A stretch of DNA of 64,000 nucleotides from an uncultured Comamonadaceae bacterium (GCA_966211955.1 CBIHOF010000002.1:91581-155580); one strand, 5' to 3'; positions 19,378 through 28,832 are shown, numbered from the stretch's first letter. The notes: generated by a model from the sequence alone, not told the origin. Numbers and translations: made by a program.

Positions 19378-20285
19378 TGCTGCCACACCCGGATGTACTT
19401 GAGCCGCAGCTTGGCGGGGAAGGCGTCTTCCGCCGGCCGCCCCGGCCAGCTGCCGCCCACGGCGAGGTTCACGAGCACGTGCGCCGGCCCGCCGTCGCTG
19501 CCGTCGCGGTGCACCCATTTGAACTCGCGGTCCACTACCAGCACGTCGTCCACGAAGTGCCGAACGCGCGTGGGCGTCCACTCGGCCGAGTAGGTGTGGA
19601 AGTCGTCCTTGAAGTCGATGCCGGGCTTGTAGGTCTTGTTCGGGTTCAGCAGCGACGAGGCCACCGGCATGGGCGCCGATGCGCCGCTGTGCACGAAGTG
19701 GAAGGTGTTGCGCGTGGTGTCGCGGCCGTTGTTGACCACCTCGAGGATGTCGATCTCCGGCGGCCAGTGCCCGTCCTGCGGGTTGAGCCAGAAGGCCGGC
19801 CACATGCCGCGGCCTTCGGGCAGCTTGAGCCGGCATTCGAAGTAGCCATACTCGCCCGACCACTTCGAGCGGATCATGCCGCTTTCGATCTTGCCTCGGA
19901 TGGCACCGTTGGGGATGCGCGCCGTCAGCGCCAGCTCGCCGTTCTCGAAGACGTGGTTGTCGTTGTCGCGGTAACGCTCCCACTCGTCGTTGAGCGCGTC
20001 CTGCGTGCCGTTGTTGTAGATGTAGCGGGTGAAGAACTCCTCGCGCATCTGTTCGACATTGGTGATGCCGCGCTCGAAGTCCCAGTTCTTCACGAGCTTG
20101 TAGCCCTGGCCGCGGACGGGGGCGGGCTCGTCGATGCCGGCCACCGGCTTGGTCGGCCGATGCTTGCCCGTGGCCGATTCGGCGCAGCCGCCCATCGCGA
20201 GCAGGCCGGCGCCCGCGAGCAGGCGCTGCAGGATCAGTCGGCGGTCGTTGGACGACAGGATTTCGTCGCGCTCTTCATCAGGCAT
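19374..20285 (-). CDS. glycoside hydrolase family 16, probable Tat-exported lipoprotein
   Basis: GRGMWPAFWL, WPPEIDILE (EIDxxE catalytic motif), FHTYSAEW. N-terminal DRRLIL followed by AMGGC; RBS AAAGGAG. Confidence 0.85.
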   Translation of the reverse strand: MPDEERDEILSSNDRRLILQRLLAGAGLLAMGGCAESATGKHRPTKPVAGIDEPAPVRGQGYKLVKNWDFERGITNVEQMREEFFTRYIYNNGTQDALNDEWERYRDNDNHVFENGELALTARIPNGAIRGKIESGMIRSKWSGEYGYFECRLKLPEGRGMWPAFWLNPQDGHWPPEIDILEVVNNGRDTTRNTFHFVHSGASAPMPVASSLLNPNKTYKPGIDFKDDFHTYSAEWTPTRVRHFVDDVLVVDREFKWVHRDGSDGGPAHVLVNLAVGGSWPGRPAEDAFPAKLRLKYIRVWQQ

Positions 20286-21462
20286 CCGCTCTCCTTTCGC
20301 CGGGCACGTGCGCGCGGCCCTCGAATTCCTCGATCGCGCGCAGGTAGAGCGCGCGGGTGGACCGGCCGATGCCCGTCCACGAATCGGCCACCGCCACCGG
20401 CGTGCGGCGCGGACGTTCTTCGATCGAACGGCGCAGCTCACGCGCGAGCTCGGCGATGTCACCGCTTGCCACGAGTGCGCCGTCCACGCCTTCGGTCACG
20501 TCCTCCGCGAAGATGCCCACGCGGCTCGCGATCAGCCATTTGCCCAGGCCCTTGACGAGGAAGTACACACCGCTCGCGTCGATCTGCCGGTACGGGAAGA
20601 CGAAGCAATCGGCCTCGGCGAACACGGCGGCCATCTCTTCTTCGCTGAGGCGCCGCGGGCGCAGGTCGAACTGGTCCTGCAGGCCGAGCTCGGCCATGCG
20701 TGCAACGAGCGGGGCCATGTCCATGCGCGGTCGGCCGGCGACGATCACGCGCAGCTCGCGGCGTGCTTCGATGGGCAGGGACGCCACCGCCTCGATCAGC
20801 AGGTCCAGCCCCTTGTACGGCTTGATCTCGCCGAAGAGCAGCACCGTCCAGCGCGGGTCGCGGGTGGCGGGCTCGGGCGGCGCGGGCACCGACAGCTGCA
20901 GCGGCCCATGCGGAATCACGCTGATCTTCTGCGCCGGCACGCCGCGCTCGATCAGCGCCTGCCGGCCCGAGCGGGTGTGCACGATGAGGTGATGCGCGCA
21001 CTTCATCGGCGTGTCGTGGCCGAAGCGCTGCAGCCACGACATCTTCTGGCCGTTGAAGGGCACGGTGTCGTGAACCGTGAGCACCAGCGGCCGCATGCGC
21101 CGCATGATGGCCATCGCGATCACGTCCAGCGGCGGCACGACGATCCACTGCATGTGCACGACGTCCGGCTTGCGGCGGCGGATCTTCGCGAGCAGCCTCA
21201 CCAGCCCCGCGAAATGCGCGATGCCCTTGGCGATGGGCTTGAGCTTGTTGGGCAGCCACGTGGCGTCGTCAGTGCGGCGATAGAAGAACGGGTCGGTGCG
21301 CTCGATCGGCAGCTCCTGCCGATCGGCGCGGCGCGTGGGCCGGGTCATCCACAACGGCGCGATGCCGTTGGCGACCAGGCCTTGCGTGAGCGCCGCGTCG
21401 TAGGGCGCGGTGAAGAGCGACGGGTCGACGAGCATTGCGTCGAGGGTGCGTGCGTCGCTCAT
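20278..21462 (-). CDS. glycosyltransferase family 4
   Basis: VHMQW, LTVHD, FGEIKPYKGLDLL, FVFPYRQIDASGV. ATGA overlap. Confidence 0.85.
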   Translation of the reverse strand: MSDARTLDAMLVDPSLFTAPYDAALTQGLVANGIAPLWMTRPTRRADRQELPIERTDPFFYRRTDDATWLPNKLKPIAKGIAHFAGLVRLLAKIRRRKPDVVHMQWIVVPPLDVIAMAIMRRMRPLVLTVHDTVPFNGQKMSWLQRFGHDTPMKCAHHLIVHTRSGRQALIERGVPAQKISVIPHGPLQLSVPAPPEPATRDPRWTVLLFGEIKPYKGLDLLIEAVASLPIEARRELRVIVAGRPRMDMAPLVARMAELGLQDQFDLRPRRLSEEEMAAVFAEADCFVFPYRQIDASGVYFLVKGLGKWLIASRVGIFAEDVTEGVDGALVASGDIAELARELRRSIEERPRRTPVAVADSWTGIGRSTRALYLRAIEEFEGRAHVPGERRADA

Positions 21463-22511
21463 CGTGTCGTTCCCGATGCGGCGTCCAGCGCCGGGCCCGT
21501 GCCGTGTTGCCAGCGTCGCTCGCGCAGCAGCACGAGGCCGCAGAGAAAGCCCAGCGCCCACGACGCATGCATGGTGGCCGCGGCCGGGCCGGCCAACAGC
21601 CCGCAGGCAGAGCGCTGCTTGAACGCGATGCCCAAAGATGCCGCCGTCAGCACCGCGAGATACAGCGCCGGCCACGCGAGAAGCCACGGCAGCCAGGCCG
21701 CGAGCAGCACGCACAACACCGACAGCACGAAGTGAACCGGCAGCGCGAGCTGGCGCGCACGCATCGACCCCGGGTGGCGCCGCACCGTGCGCGAACGGCC
21801 GCGACCATAGGCGAAGTACTGCCGCGCCAGACCCTTGAAGCTGTCGCGCGGGTGGTAGCCGAGGCGGATGTCCGCATCGAGGTAGATGCGGCTGCCCAGC
21901 TGCCGCTGCCGGCAGTCGAGCTCCGCGTCCTCGTTGTGGGTGAAGCTTTCGTCATAGCCACCGGCGCGCCGGAAACTCGCCATGCGGAAGGCCGCGTGGT
22001 GGCCGTGGTCGATGAAGCCACTCGTGCGACCGCCCCTGTGCGCCGAGCCGCCCGAGCCCACTGGCGTGTCCGACACCCAGGCCACGGCGCGCTGCAGGCA
22101 GGTGTCGCCCGTCGAGTCCATCGGCACGACGACCGCATCGGCCTGCGTGCGGTCCAGCGTTTCGACGAGTTGCCGCACGAAGCCGCGCGGGTACACCGCA
22201 TGCGCGTCGCAGCGCACCAGCACCTGCGCGTCGTGGCCGGCGGTGCGCGCGGCAAGGTTCACCGCCGCGCTCTGGATGCGCCGGTCGTTGTGCAGCAGCG
22301 AGAGCGTGGGCCGCAGGTGGCTCATGCGCTGCACGATGGCCACCGTGCCGTCGCTGCTGCCGCCATCCACCACCACCACCGACACGCGGCCCTGCGCGGG
22401 CAGGTCCTCGTAGAGCGAGTTGATGACGCCCTCGATGCCGCGCGCCTCGTTGAGCGTGGGGATGACGACGAGGATGCCGCGCGCGTTGTTTGCTGCCGCG
22501 TCAATGGTCAT
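21459..22511 (-). CDS. exoA: ExoA-like GT2 glucosyltransferase
   Basis: IPTLNE, DGGSSDGT, IQSAAVNLA, DHGHHAAFR, GGYDESFTHNEDAELD closely resemble rhizobial ExoA. Confidence 0.8.
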   Translation of the reverse strand: MTIDAAANNARGILVVIPTLNEARGIEGVINSLYEDLPAQGRVSVVVVDGGSSDGTVAIVQRMSHLRPTLSLLHNDRRIQSAAVNLAARTAGHDAQVLVRCDAHAVYPRGFVRQLVETLDRTQADAVVVPMDSTGDTCLQRAVAWVSDTPVGSGGSAHRGGRTSGFIDHGHHAAFRMASFRRAGGYDESFTHNEDAELDCRQRQLGSRIYLDADIRLGYHPRDSFKGLARQYFAYGRGRSRTVRRHPGSMRARQLALPVHFVLSVLCVLLAAWLPWLLAWPALYLAVLTAASLGIAFKQRSACGLLAGPAAATMHASWALGFLCGLVLLRERRWQHGTGPALDAASGTTR

Positions 22512-23409
22512 TGATCAGCACCCCGGCCAGCTTCGCGTCGCTGCGCGTCACCTGCGCGACCAGCGTGTGCATCGCGTCCATGCGGCTGGTGTTGCGCCGG
22601 CCCATGATGAGCGCCGCGCCGCACTTGGCGGCCAGCACCCGGGCATCAGCGCCATGGCAGGCGGCGGGCGTGTCCACGATGATGTGGTCGAACTTGCCGA
22701 GCAGCTCGCGCATCAGCAGGCCGAAGGCCGAGCGCTGAACCAGCTCGAGCGGGTTGGGCGGCAGCGTGCCGACCGGCAGCACGTACAGGCTGGGCAGTGC
22801 GTTCGATTGATGGATCACGTCGGACTCGGCCCGGCCGGCGAGGATGTTGCTCAGGCCCGCGCGCCCCGCGACGTTGAAGATGTCGTGCTGGCGCGGCGTG
22901 CGCATGTCGGCGTCCACCAGCAGCGTGCGTGCGCCCAGCTGGCTGAAGGCGACTGCCAGGTTGGCAGCGAAGTAGGTCTTGCCGTCGCCCACGTTGGGGC
23001 TGAGCACCGCGAGCGCGCGGCGTGGTTGGTCTTGCGCGAGCACGCCCATCATCAGCTGGCTGCGGATGTCGCGAAAGATCTCGGCGTCGTCGCCGAAGGG
23101 GTCGCGTGCCATCACGAGCTCGTCGCTCAGCGCGATGGCGTCGTCTTCGGTGGCGCAGGGGTAGTGGAACTGCTGCGACAGCGCCCACAGCACGTCGCCG
23201 CTGGAGGCGAGCTTGAGCGAGATGGCGGCTTCGCCGAAACGGACCTGGTGCTCGCGCTGGAAGCGCAGGATCTGATCGACCTGGGAATCGTCGATGTCGC
23301 GCACCTCGCGCAGCAAGTCGCCGATGGAACGGTCGACCACGCGCTGCACGGGTTCTTCGATGGAACGGATGTTGACGCCGGCAATGCTGGCGTAGCTCGG
23401 GATCTTCAT
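22501..23409 (-). CDS. epsG: chain-length determinant tyrosine-kinase-like protein EpsG
   Basis: Walker A SPNVGDGKT, A' LLVDADMR, B IIVDTP; EpsG-type N-terminus; directly downstream of epsF. Confidence 0.88.
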   Translation of the reverse strand: MKIPSYASIAGVNIRSIEEPVQRVVDRSIGDLLREVRDIDDSQVDQILRFQREHQVRFGEAAISLKLASSGDVLWALSQQFHYPCATEDDAIALSDELVMARDPFGDDAEIFRDIRSQLMMGVLAQDQPRRALAVLSPNVGDGKTYFAANLAVAFSQLGARTLLVDADMRTPRQHDIFNVAGRAGLSNILAGRAESDVIHQSNALPSLYVLPVGTLPPNPLELVQRSAFGLLMRELLGKFDHIIVDTPAACHGADARVLAAKCGAALIMGRRNTSRMDAMHTLVAQVTRSDAKLAGVLINDH

Positions 23410-23413
23410 CGCA

Positions 23414-24844
23414 TCAGCCTTTCGCCGTCGGCGCGGGGAGCACGGTGGCCAGGTGCGACATCCAGCGAAGTCGCCACGGGCTCACGCGCCGGGTGCGGGT
23501 GCGCGAGGGCAGCACGCCCAGCAGCGGTTGCTGGAGCGATTGCAGGACATCGAGGTTGCTGCGCAGGCGCTGGTCGCGCGCCTCGCGCAGCATCGTGGCG
23601 GCGACGGCGAGCAGGAGGCCCACCAGCACCGCGACCGTCAGGTTCAACATCAGCCGCGGCGACGAAGGCGAGGCCGGCGCAGTTGCGTTCTTGAGCACCG
23701 ACACGTTGGTCTGCGTGGTCTGGCTCTCGACGCTGGTCTGGCTGGCACGCGTCTGCACCGCGTCGTACGACTTCTGGGCGTTCTCCACGTCGCGCTGCAG
23801 CACGGCCGCTTCGTCGTGCTGGCCCTTGAGCTTGAGCAGCTTGGAACGCTGCTCTTCCACGGCCGCGCGCATCTGCGCGAGGCGCGACTGGTTCACGTCG
23901 TTGGTGACGGTGAGGCTGCCGGCCACGCGCTTGGTCTCTTCGCCCAGCTGCTTCTTCAACTGCGCGATGTTCGAGCGCAGCTCGGCGACGTCCGGGTGGT
24001 TGTCGCCCAGGCGCGCCGTGAGCTCGGTGAGCCGCGCCTGCTGCTTGGACAGGTCGGTGTTGATGGCGACGAGCAGTGGATTGGTGACGACTTCAGGCAT
24101 GCGGTCGGCATGGTTGACGGACTGGCCCTGGCGGCTGCCGGAATCGCTTGCCATGCCCTGCATCAGCACGAGTTGCGTGGTGAGTTCCTGCAGGCGCTGG
24201 TTCTCGACGTCCAGGCGCTCTTCGCTGGCCACGATCACGCCGTTCTTCTGCTGGTATTGCGACAGCTTCTGCTGCGCATGCTCCAGCTCTTCGCGCAACT
24301 GCTTGCCGCGTGCATCGAAGAGCGATGTGTATTGCTTGGCGGGCTCGGTGCGCAGCTCGAGTGTGGTCTCGATGTATGACGCGACGAAGGCATTGGCCAC
24401 GGCGGCGGCAAAGGCCGGGTCCGGCGCGGTGTAGCCCACGACGATGACGTTCGAGTCACGGCCCGGCGCTGCGTCGAGCTTGCGCATCAGGGTGTCCGAC
24501 AGCCACGAGCGGAAGTCGCCTTGCCCGTTGGTCTTGTCCTTCCATTTCTGGAGGTAGTCCGGATCCTGGTCGAGCTTGAGCCGGCGAATGGCGCCCAGCG
24601 CCACGCGCTCGCTTTGCATCACGCCCATCTGCGTGGCCATGTAGCCCACGGTGGTAAGGCCGGGCAACACCACGCTCGTGATGGGGTCGGGGGACTTCAC
24701 GTCGAGCACGACAGACGCCGTGGCGGTGTATTGCGGTGTTCTCAGCAAGCTCACCGCGGCCACCAGGCCAACGATCGCGGACAACACGAGCAATGCAAAA
24801 CGCCAACGGGCGCGCAACAGGGTAAGGATCTGGGCAGCCGTCAT
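23414..24844 (-). CDS. epsF: chain-length determinant / polysaccharide co-polymerase EpsF
   Basis: Two TM helices flanking a long coiled coil; YTATASVVLD, HPDV, PSSPRLMLNL. Confidence 0.88.
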   Translation of the reverse strand: MTAAQILTLLRARWRFALLVLSAIVGLVAAVSLLRTPQYTATASVVLDVKSPDPITSVVLPGLTTVGYMATQMGVMQSERVALGAIRRLKLDQDPDYLQKWKDKTNGQGDFRSWLSDTLMRKLDAAPGRDSNVIVVGYTAPDPAFAAAVANAFVASYIETTLELRTEPAKQYTSLFDARGKQLREELEHAQQKLSQYQQKNGVIVASEERLDVENQRLQELTTQLVLMQGMASDSGSRQGQSVNHADRMPEVVTNPLLVAINTDLSKQQARLTELTARLGDNHPDVAELRSNIAQLKKQLGEETKRVAGSLTVTNDVNQSRLAQMRAAVEEQRSKLLKLKGQHDEAAVLQRDVENAQKSYDAVQTRASQTSVESQTTQTNVSVLKNATAPASPSSPRLMLNLTVAVLVGLLLAVAATMLREARDQRLRSNLDVLQSLQQPLLGVLPSRTRTRRVSPWRLRWMSHLATVLPAPTAKG

Positions 24845-25034
24845 GGGAAAGACTGCTTGCAAGTTCCGGGCTAACCCTGATTACGGGGGTTTTCGTGGCC
24901 GAAGCGGTGCGCCAGGGCACGCTCGGAGTGCATGTGTGTCTCAAAACGAAAGCCTGAGCAACCTCACGTAATGCCCACGGCACCAACGTGGAAGGGGTTG
25001 CAACGAACTCTGCAGTACGCACAGGGCATCTTGG

Positions 25035-25073
25035 AGCCACTTTGCTCGTGTGGTCTAGGCCACTTCAGCTCGA
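25035..25073. promoter_or_regulatory. palindromic putative transcription-factor site (copy B)
   Basis: AGCCACTTTGCTCG is a 14-bp identity with copy A, followed by GTGGTCTAGGCCACTT (copy A: GTGGTCTAAGCCACTT). Confidence 0.55.
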
Positions 25074-25119
25074 CAGTGGCCAGGGTCGCACGGTGGGGTG
25101 CAGTGGCACACTGCCACCC

Positions 25120-26238
25120 ATGAAATCATTTGGCAAGCGAGCCGCGGGCCAGCGGCTCGAACGCATGCAGCATTCGCCGCGCTGGGCCGGCGACGGCTTT
25201 CGCAACCAGCACCCCGTGCTGCCTGGCTTGCGCGACCCTGAGCAGAAGGTGTCCATCGGTGACTTCCTCTGCGGCGGCACGCGGCGCGTGCCCAAGGGGC
25301 CGCTGCCCTCGGTGAATCCTCTGGAGGCGTGGGCACGACCGGTCGACACTGGCCTGCGTGCCACCTGGCTCGGCCATTCGACGGTGTTGATCGAGATCGA
25401 CGGCCTGCGCGTGCTCACCGACCCGGTGTGGGGGCCGCGGGCATCGCCTTCGACGTTGGCCGGCCCGAAGCGCTTCCAGCCGGTGCCCATCGCCTTGAAC
25501 CAGCTGCCGGCCATCGATGCGGTGATCGTCTCGCACGATCACTACGACCATCTCGACTACCCCACCATCCGCGAAATGGCGCGCATGGACCTGCCCTTCA
25601 TCACCTCGCTGGGCGTGGGCGCGCACCTCGAAGCATTCGGCGTGCCGGCCGAGCGCATCACCGAGCTGGACTGGTGGGAGAGCTGGCGCTCGCCCAAGGC
25701 AGGGCTCGCCATCACTGCCGCGCCGTCGCAGCATTTCTCTGGCCGCGGCCTCAAGGACCGCAACGCCACGCTGTGGTCGTCGATGGTCATCGAGACGCCG
25801 CGGCACAAGGTCTTCTTCAGCGGCGACACCGGCCTCACCACCGAGTACGCGAACATCCGCGAGCGCTTCGGCCGCTTCGATCTCGTGATGCTCGAGGTGG
25901 GCGCGTTTCATCCGTCGTGGGGCGACATCCACCTCGGGCCGGAGAACGCGTTGAAGGCCCTGGAGTTGCTGGGCGGAGGTGCTTTCATGCCGGTGCACTG
26001 GGGCACCTTCAGCCTCGCGCTGCACGCCTGGGACCAGCCGGTGGAGACGCTGATGGAGCTCGGGCCGAAGCAAGGTGCGCAGCTCGTGTTGCCGCGGCTG
26101 GGTGAGGCGGTCGAGCCGTCGCGCGTCGATGGCGTGACGCCTTGGTGGCGCGGCGTCGATACGCTCGAAGGCCCGGGCCTGCCCGAGGAGGAGGCCAAGC
26201 GGCCGATGCCCAAGACCATGCCCTGGCCGGTGGACTGA
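25120..26238 (+). CDS. MBL-fold metallo-hydrolase (NAPE-PLD/RomA-like)
   Basis: TWLGHSTVLIE, LTDPVW, SHDHYDHLD, FFSGDTG, PVHWGTF. Confidence 0.88.
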   Translation: MKSFGKRAAGQRLERMQHSPRWAGDGFRNQHPVLPGLRDPEQKVSIGDFLCGGTRRVPKGPLPSVNPLEAWARPVDTGLRATWLGHSTVLIEIDGLRVLTDPVWGPRASPSTLAGPKRFQPVPIALNQLPAIDAVIVSHDHYDHLDYPTIREMARMDLPFITSLGVGAHLEAFGVPAERITELDWWESWRSPKAGLAITAAPSQHFSGRGLKDRNATLWSSMVIETPRHKVFFSGDTGLTTEYANIRERFGRFDLVMLEVGAFHPSWGDIHLGPENALKALELLGGGAFMPVHWGTFSLALHAWDQPVETLMELGPKQGAQLVLPRLGEAVEPSRVDGVTPWWRGVDTLEGPGLPEEEAKRPMPKTMPWPVD

Positions 26239-26244
26239 CGGCCC

Positions 26245-26763
26245 GTGCGCTCGCTGCTTCGACTTGCCTGGTGTCTCGCCGGCGCGGCGGCCGGCATCGG
26301 CCTCGCGCTGTGGCTCATTGCGCCGCCGGCATCGCCCTTCCTGCTTGCCTCGCTGGGCGGATCCACCGTGTTCCTCTTCGGCCTCACGCGAGCACCTGCC
26401 GCGCAACCACGGGCCCTCTTCGGCGGGCACCTGGGCGGCGCGCTGGTCGGCATCGCCTGCTACCAGTGCTTCGGCGATGCCCTGTGGGTCTATGCACTGG
26501 CGCAAGTGCTCACGCTGGCCTTCATGCTGCTCTCGAAGACCGTGCATCCACCGGCCGGCGCCAACCCGCTCATCATGATCGCGGGCCACGCCGGCTATTC
26601 GGCGCTCTTCACCACGGTGCTTGTCGGCGTGCTCGCGCTGGCGCTCGTCGCGGCACTGTGGAGCCGGCTCTTCCCCGGGCTCGTGCACTATCCCGTCTCG
26701 TGGATGGATCGATCGCCGCCCTCCCTGCTGTGGGGCGGCTTCTCCGATCCGCCCGGCGGCTGA
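26245..26763 (+). CDS. HPP family membrane protein
   Basis: [30 protein letters not shown]. Confidence 0.88.
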   Translation: MRSLLRLAWCLAGAAAGIGLALWLIAPPASPFLLASLGGSTVFLFGLTRAPAAQPRALFGGHLGGALVGIACYQCFGDALWVYALAQVLTLAFMLLSKTVHPPAGANPLIMIAGHAGYSALFTTVLVGVLALALVAALWSRLFPGLVHYPVSWMDRSPPSLLWGGFSDPPGG

Positions 26764-26809
26764 ACGCCGCATCGCCGTTTCCTGTCTTCAACCTCGTCAA
26801 GCCATCACC

Positions 26810-28018
26810 ATGAAATCGCCCACCCTCGGCACCCCACTGTCCCCCACCGCCACCCGCGTCATGCTGCTGGGCGCCGGCGAACTCGGCAAGGAGGTGCTCA
26901 TCGCCTTGCAGCGCCTGGGCGTCGAGACCATCGCGGTCGACCGCTACGAGAACGCGCCCGGCCAGCAGGTGGCCCACCATGCGCGAACCATCACGATGAG
27001 CGACCCGGCCGCATTGCGTGCACTCATCGAGGCCGAGCGGCCGATGGTCGTCGTGCCCGAGATTGAGGCCATCGCCACGCCGGTGCTCGAGGAGCTCGAA
27101 GCGCAAGGCGTGGTGCGCGTGATCCCCACGGCACGCGCCGCGCGCCTCACCATGGACCGCGAAGGCATCCGCCGCCTCGCGGCCGAGACGCTGGACCTGC
27201 CGACCAGCCCCTACCGCTTCTGCGATTCGCTGGCTGAGCTACAGGCGGCGATCGACGGCGGCATCGGCTACCCGTGCATCGTCAAGCCGGTGATGAGCAG
27301 CTCCGGCAAGGGCCAGAGCCGCATCGACGGCCCGGCCGACGTGGCGAAGGCCTGGGACTACGCGATGGCCGGTGGCCGCGTGAGCCACGGCCGCGTCATC
27401 GTCGAGGGCTTCATCGATTTCGACTACGAGATCACGCAGCTCACCGTGCGCGCGGTGGGCGCGAGCGGGCAGGTGGAGACGCAGTTCTGCGAACCCATCG
27501 GCCATGTGCAGGTGAGCGGCGACTATGTGGAAAGCTGGCAGCCGCACCCGATGGCCAGCGTCGCGCTGCAACGCTCGCGCGAGATCGCGAAGGCGGTGAC
27601 CGACAACCTCGGCGGGCAGGGCATCTTCGGCGTGGAGCTGTTCGTGAAGGGCGACGAGGTGTGGTTCAGCGAGGTCAGCCCGCGGCCGCACGACACCGGC
27701 CTTGTGACGCTCGCGACGCAATGGCAGAACGAGTTCGAGCTGCATGCGCGCGCCATCCTCGGACTGCCGGTGAACACCGCGCTCAAGAGCCCCGGTGCGA
27801 GCGCGGTGATCTACGGCGGCGTCGAAGGCCGCGGCGTGGTGTTCGACGGCGTGGCCGAGGCGCTGCGCGTGCCGCAAACGGACGTGCGGCTCTTCGGCAA
27901 GCCCGAAAGCTTCGTCAAGCGCCGCATGGGCGTGGCGCTGGCCTATGACGCGGAGGTGGAGACGGCGCGTGTTCGCGCGAAGGAAGCCGCGTCCAAGGTG
28001 AAGCCGCGCCTGGCCTGA
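26810..28018 (+). CDS. purT: formate-dependent phosphoribosylglycinamide formyltransferase
   Basis: [61 protein letters not shown]. Confidence 0.96.
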   Translation: MKSPTLGTPLSPTATRVMLLGAGELGKEVLIALQRLGVETIAVDRYENAPGQQVAHHARTITMSDPAALRALIEAERPMVVVPEIEAIATPVLEELEAQGVVRVIPTARAARLTMDREGIRRLAAETLDLPTSPYRFCDSLAELQAAIDGGIGYPCIVKPVMSSSGKGQSRIDGPADVAKAWDYAMAGGRVSHGRVIVEGFIDFDYEITQLTVRAVGASGQVETQFCEPIGHVQVSGDYVESWQPHPMASVALQRSREIAKAVTDNLGGQGIFGVELFVKGDEVWFSEVSPRPHDTGLVTLATQWQNEFELHARAILGLPVNTALKSPGASAVIYGGVEGRGVVFDGVAEALRVPQTDVRLFGKPESFVKRRMGVALAYDAEVETARVRAKEAASKVKPRLA

Positions 28019-28032
28019 GGGGGCATTCGCCG

Positions 28033-28455
28033 ATGCCCGCCGAGCACGCCATGCGCACGCTGCCGGTTCGATTGCAGCCCGGCGATGACCTGCGCCGCGC
28101 GCTCGAAGCGGCGGTGCGCGGCGAGGACTGTGAGGCGGCGTTCGTGTTGGGCGGCATCGGCAGCCTGTCGCATGCCGAGCTGCGGTTGGCAGGCGCACGC
28201 GACAGCCTCAGCCTGCATGAGGACCTGGAAGTGCTCACGCTGTCGGGCAGCATTGCCGCGGGCGCATCCCACCTGCATGCGAGCGTGTCGCGATCGAACG
28301 GCGGCGTGCTGGGCGGGCACGTGGGCTACGGATCGATCGTGCGCACCACCGCCGAGGTGCTGCTCGGGCTGCTGCCCGGCTGGCGCTTCACCCGCGAGCG
28401 CGATGCCGCCACCGGCTACGACGAGCTGGTGGCGCGCCGCATCGACGCGGCCTGA
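28033..28455 (+). CDS. PPC/DUF296 domain protein
   Basis: RLQPGDDL, GIGSL, LEVLTLSG, HLHASVS, GGHV, TTAEV. Confidence 0.88.
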   Translation: MPAEHAMRTLPVRLQPGDDLRRALEAAVRGEDCEAAFVLGGIGSLSHAELRLAGARDSLSLHEDLEVLTLSGSIAAGASHLHASVSRSNGGVLGGHVGYGSIVRTTAEVLLGLLPGWRFTRERDAATGYDELVARRIDAA

Positions 28456-28481
28456 TCGCCCTCGGCGTTCAGCGCGTCGGC

Positions 28482-28832
28482 TCAGTCCGCATCGTCCGGC
28501 GACTGCCGGCGCGGCGCGGGCAGGAACCAGCTCATCGAACGCATCATCAGTTCGGCCTGCGCGAGCACGGTGCGCTGCATCTGCTGCGCCATGCGCTCGA
28601 CCACGCCGCCTTCCATCTCGCCTTCGAAGCGCTCGGTGCGCAGCCGGCCGTCGACGAAGCTCGTGCGGCGCGAATCCACGCGCGTGACGCCGCCTTGCGA
28701 GCGCCATTCGGTGACGCTGTAGCTGAAGTTGAAGAAGGGGTTGCGCCGCAACGGTGCGGGCACGAGGTCCGTCGCCGCGTCGGGCATGTTCACGACTTCG
28801 GTGCTCGTGGTCTCACGGGGGAGTCTGGTCAT
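28482..28832 (-). CDS. hypothetical protein
   Basis: Strong RBS CAGGAG before ATG 28832; 116 aa; fills the gap between convergent/divergent neighbours. Confidence 0.6.
   Translation of the reverse strand: MTRLPRETTSTEVVNMPDAATDLVPAPLRRNPFFNFSYSVTEWRSQGGVTRVDSRRTSFVDGRLRTERFEGEMEGGVVERMAQQMQRTVLAQAELMMRSMSWFLPAPRRQSPDDAD

Noticed and set aside
14330-19983. Long ORFs 14330-16612, 16943-19306 and 18028-19983 as multidomain fusions
   Set aside because: Their N-terminal parts are off-frame overlaps of upstream genes; stop/start overlaps define the shorter true CDSs.
24900-24914. Possible sigma54 promoter for epsF (TGGCGCACCGCTTCG, minus strand)
   Set aside because: The -12 element reads TTCG instead of TTGC, lacking the essential GC.
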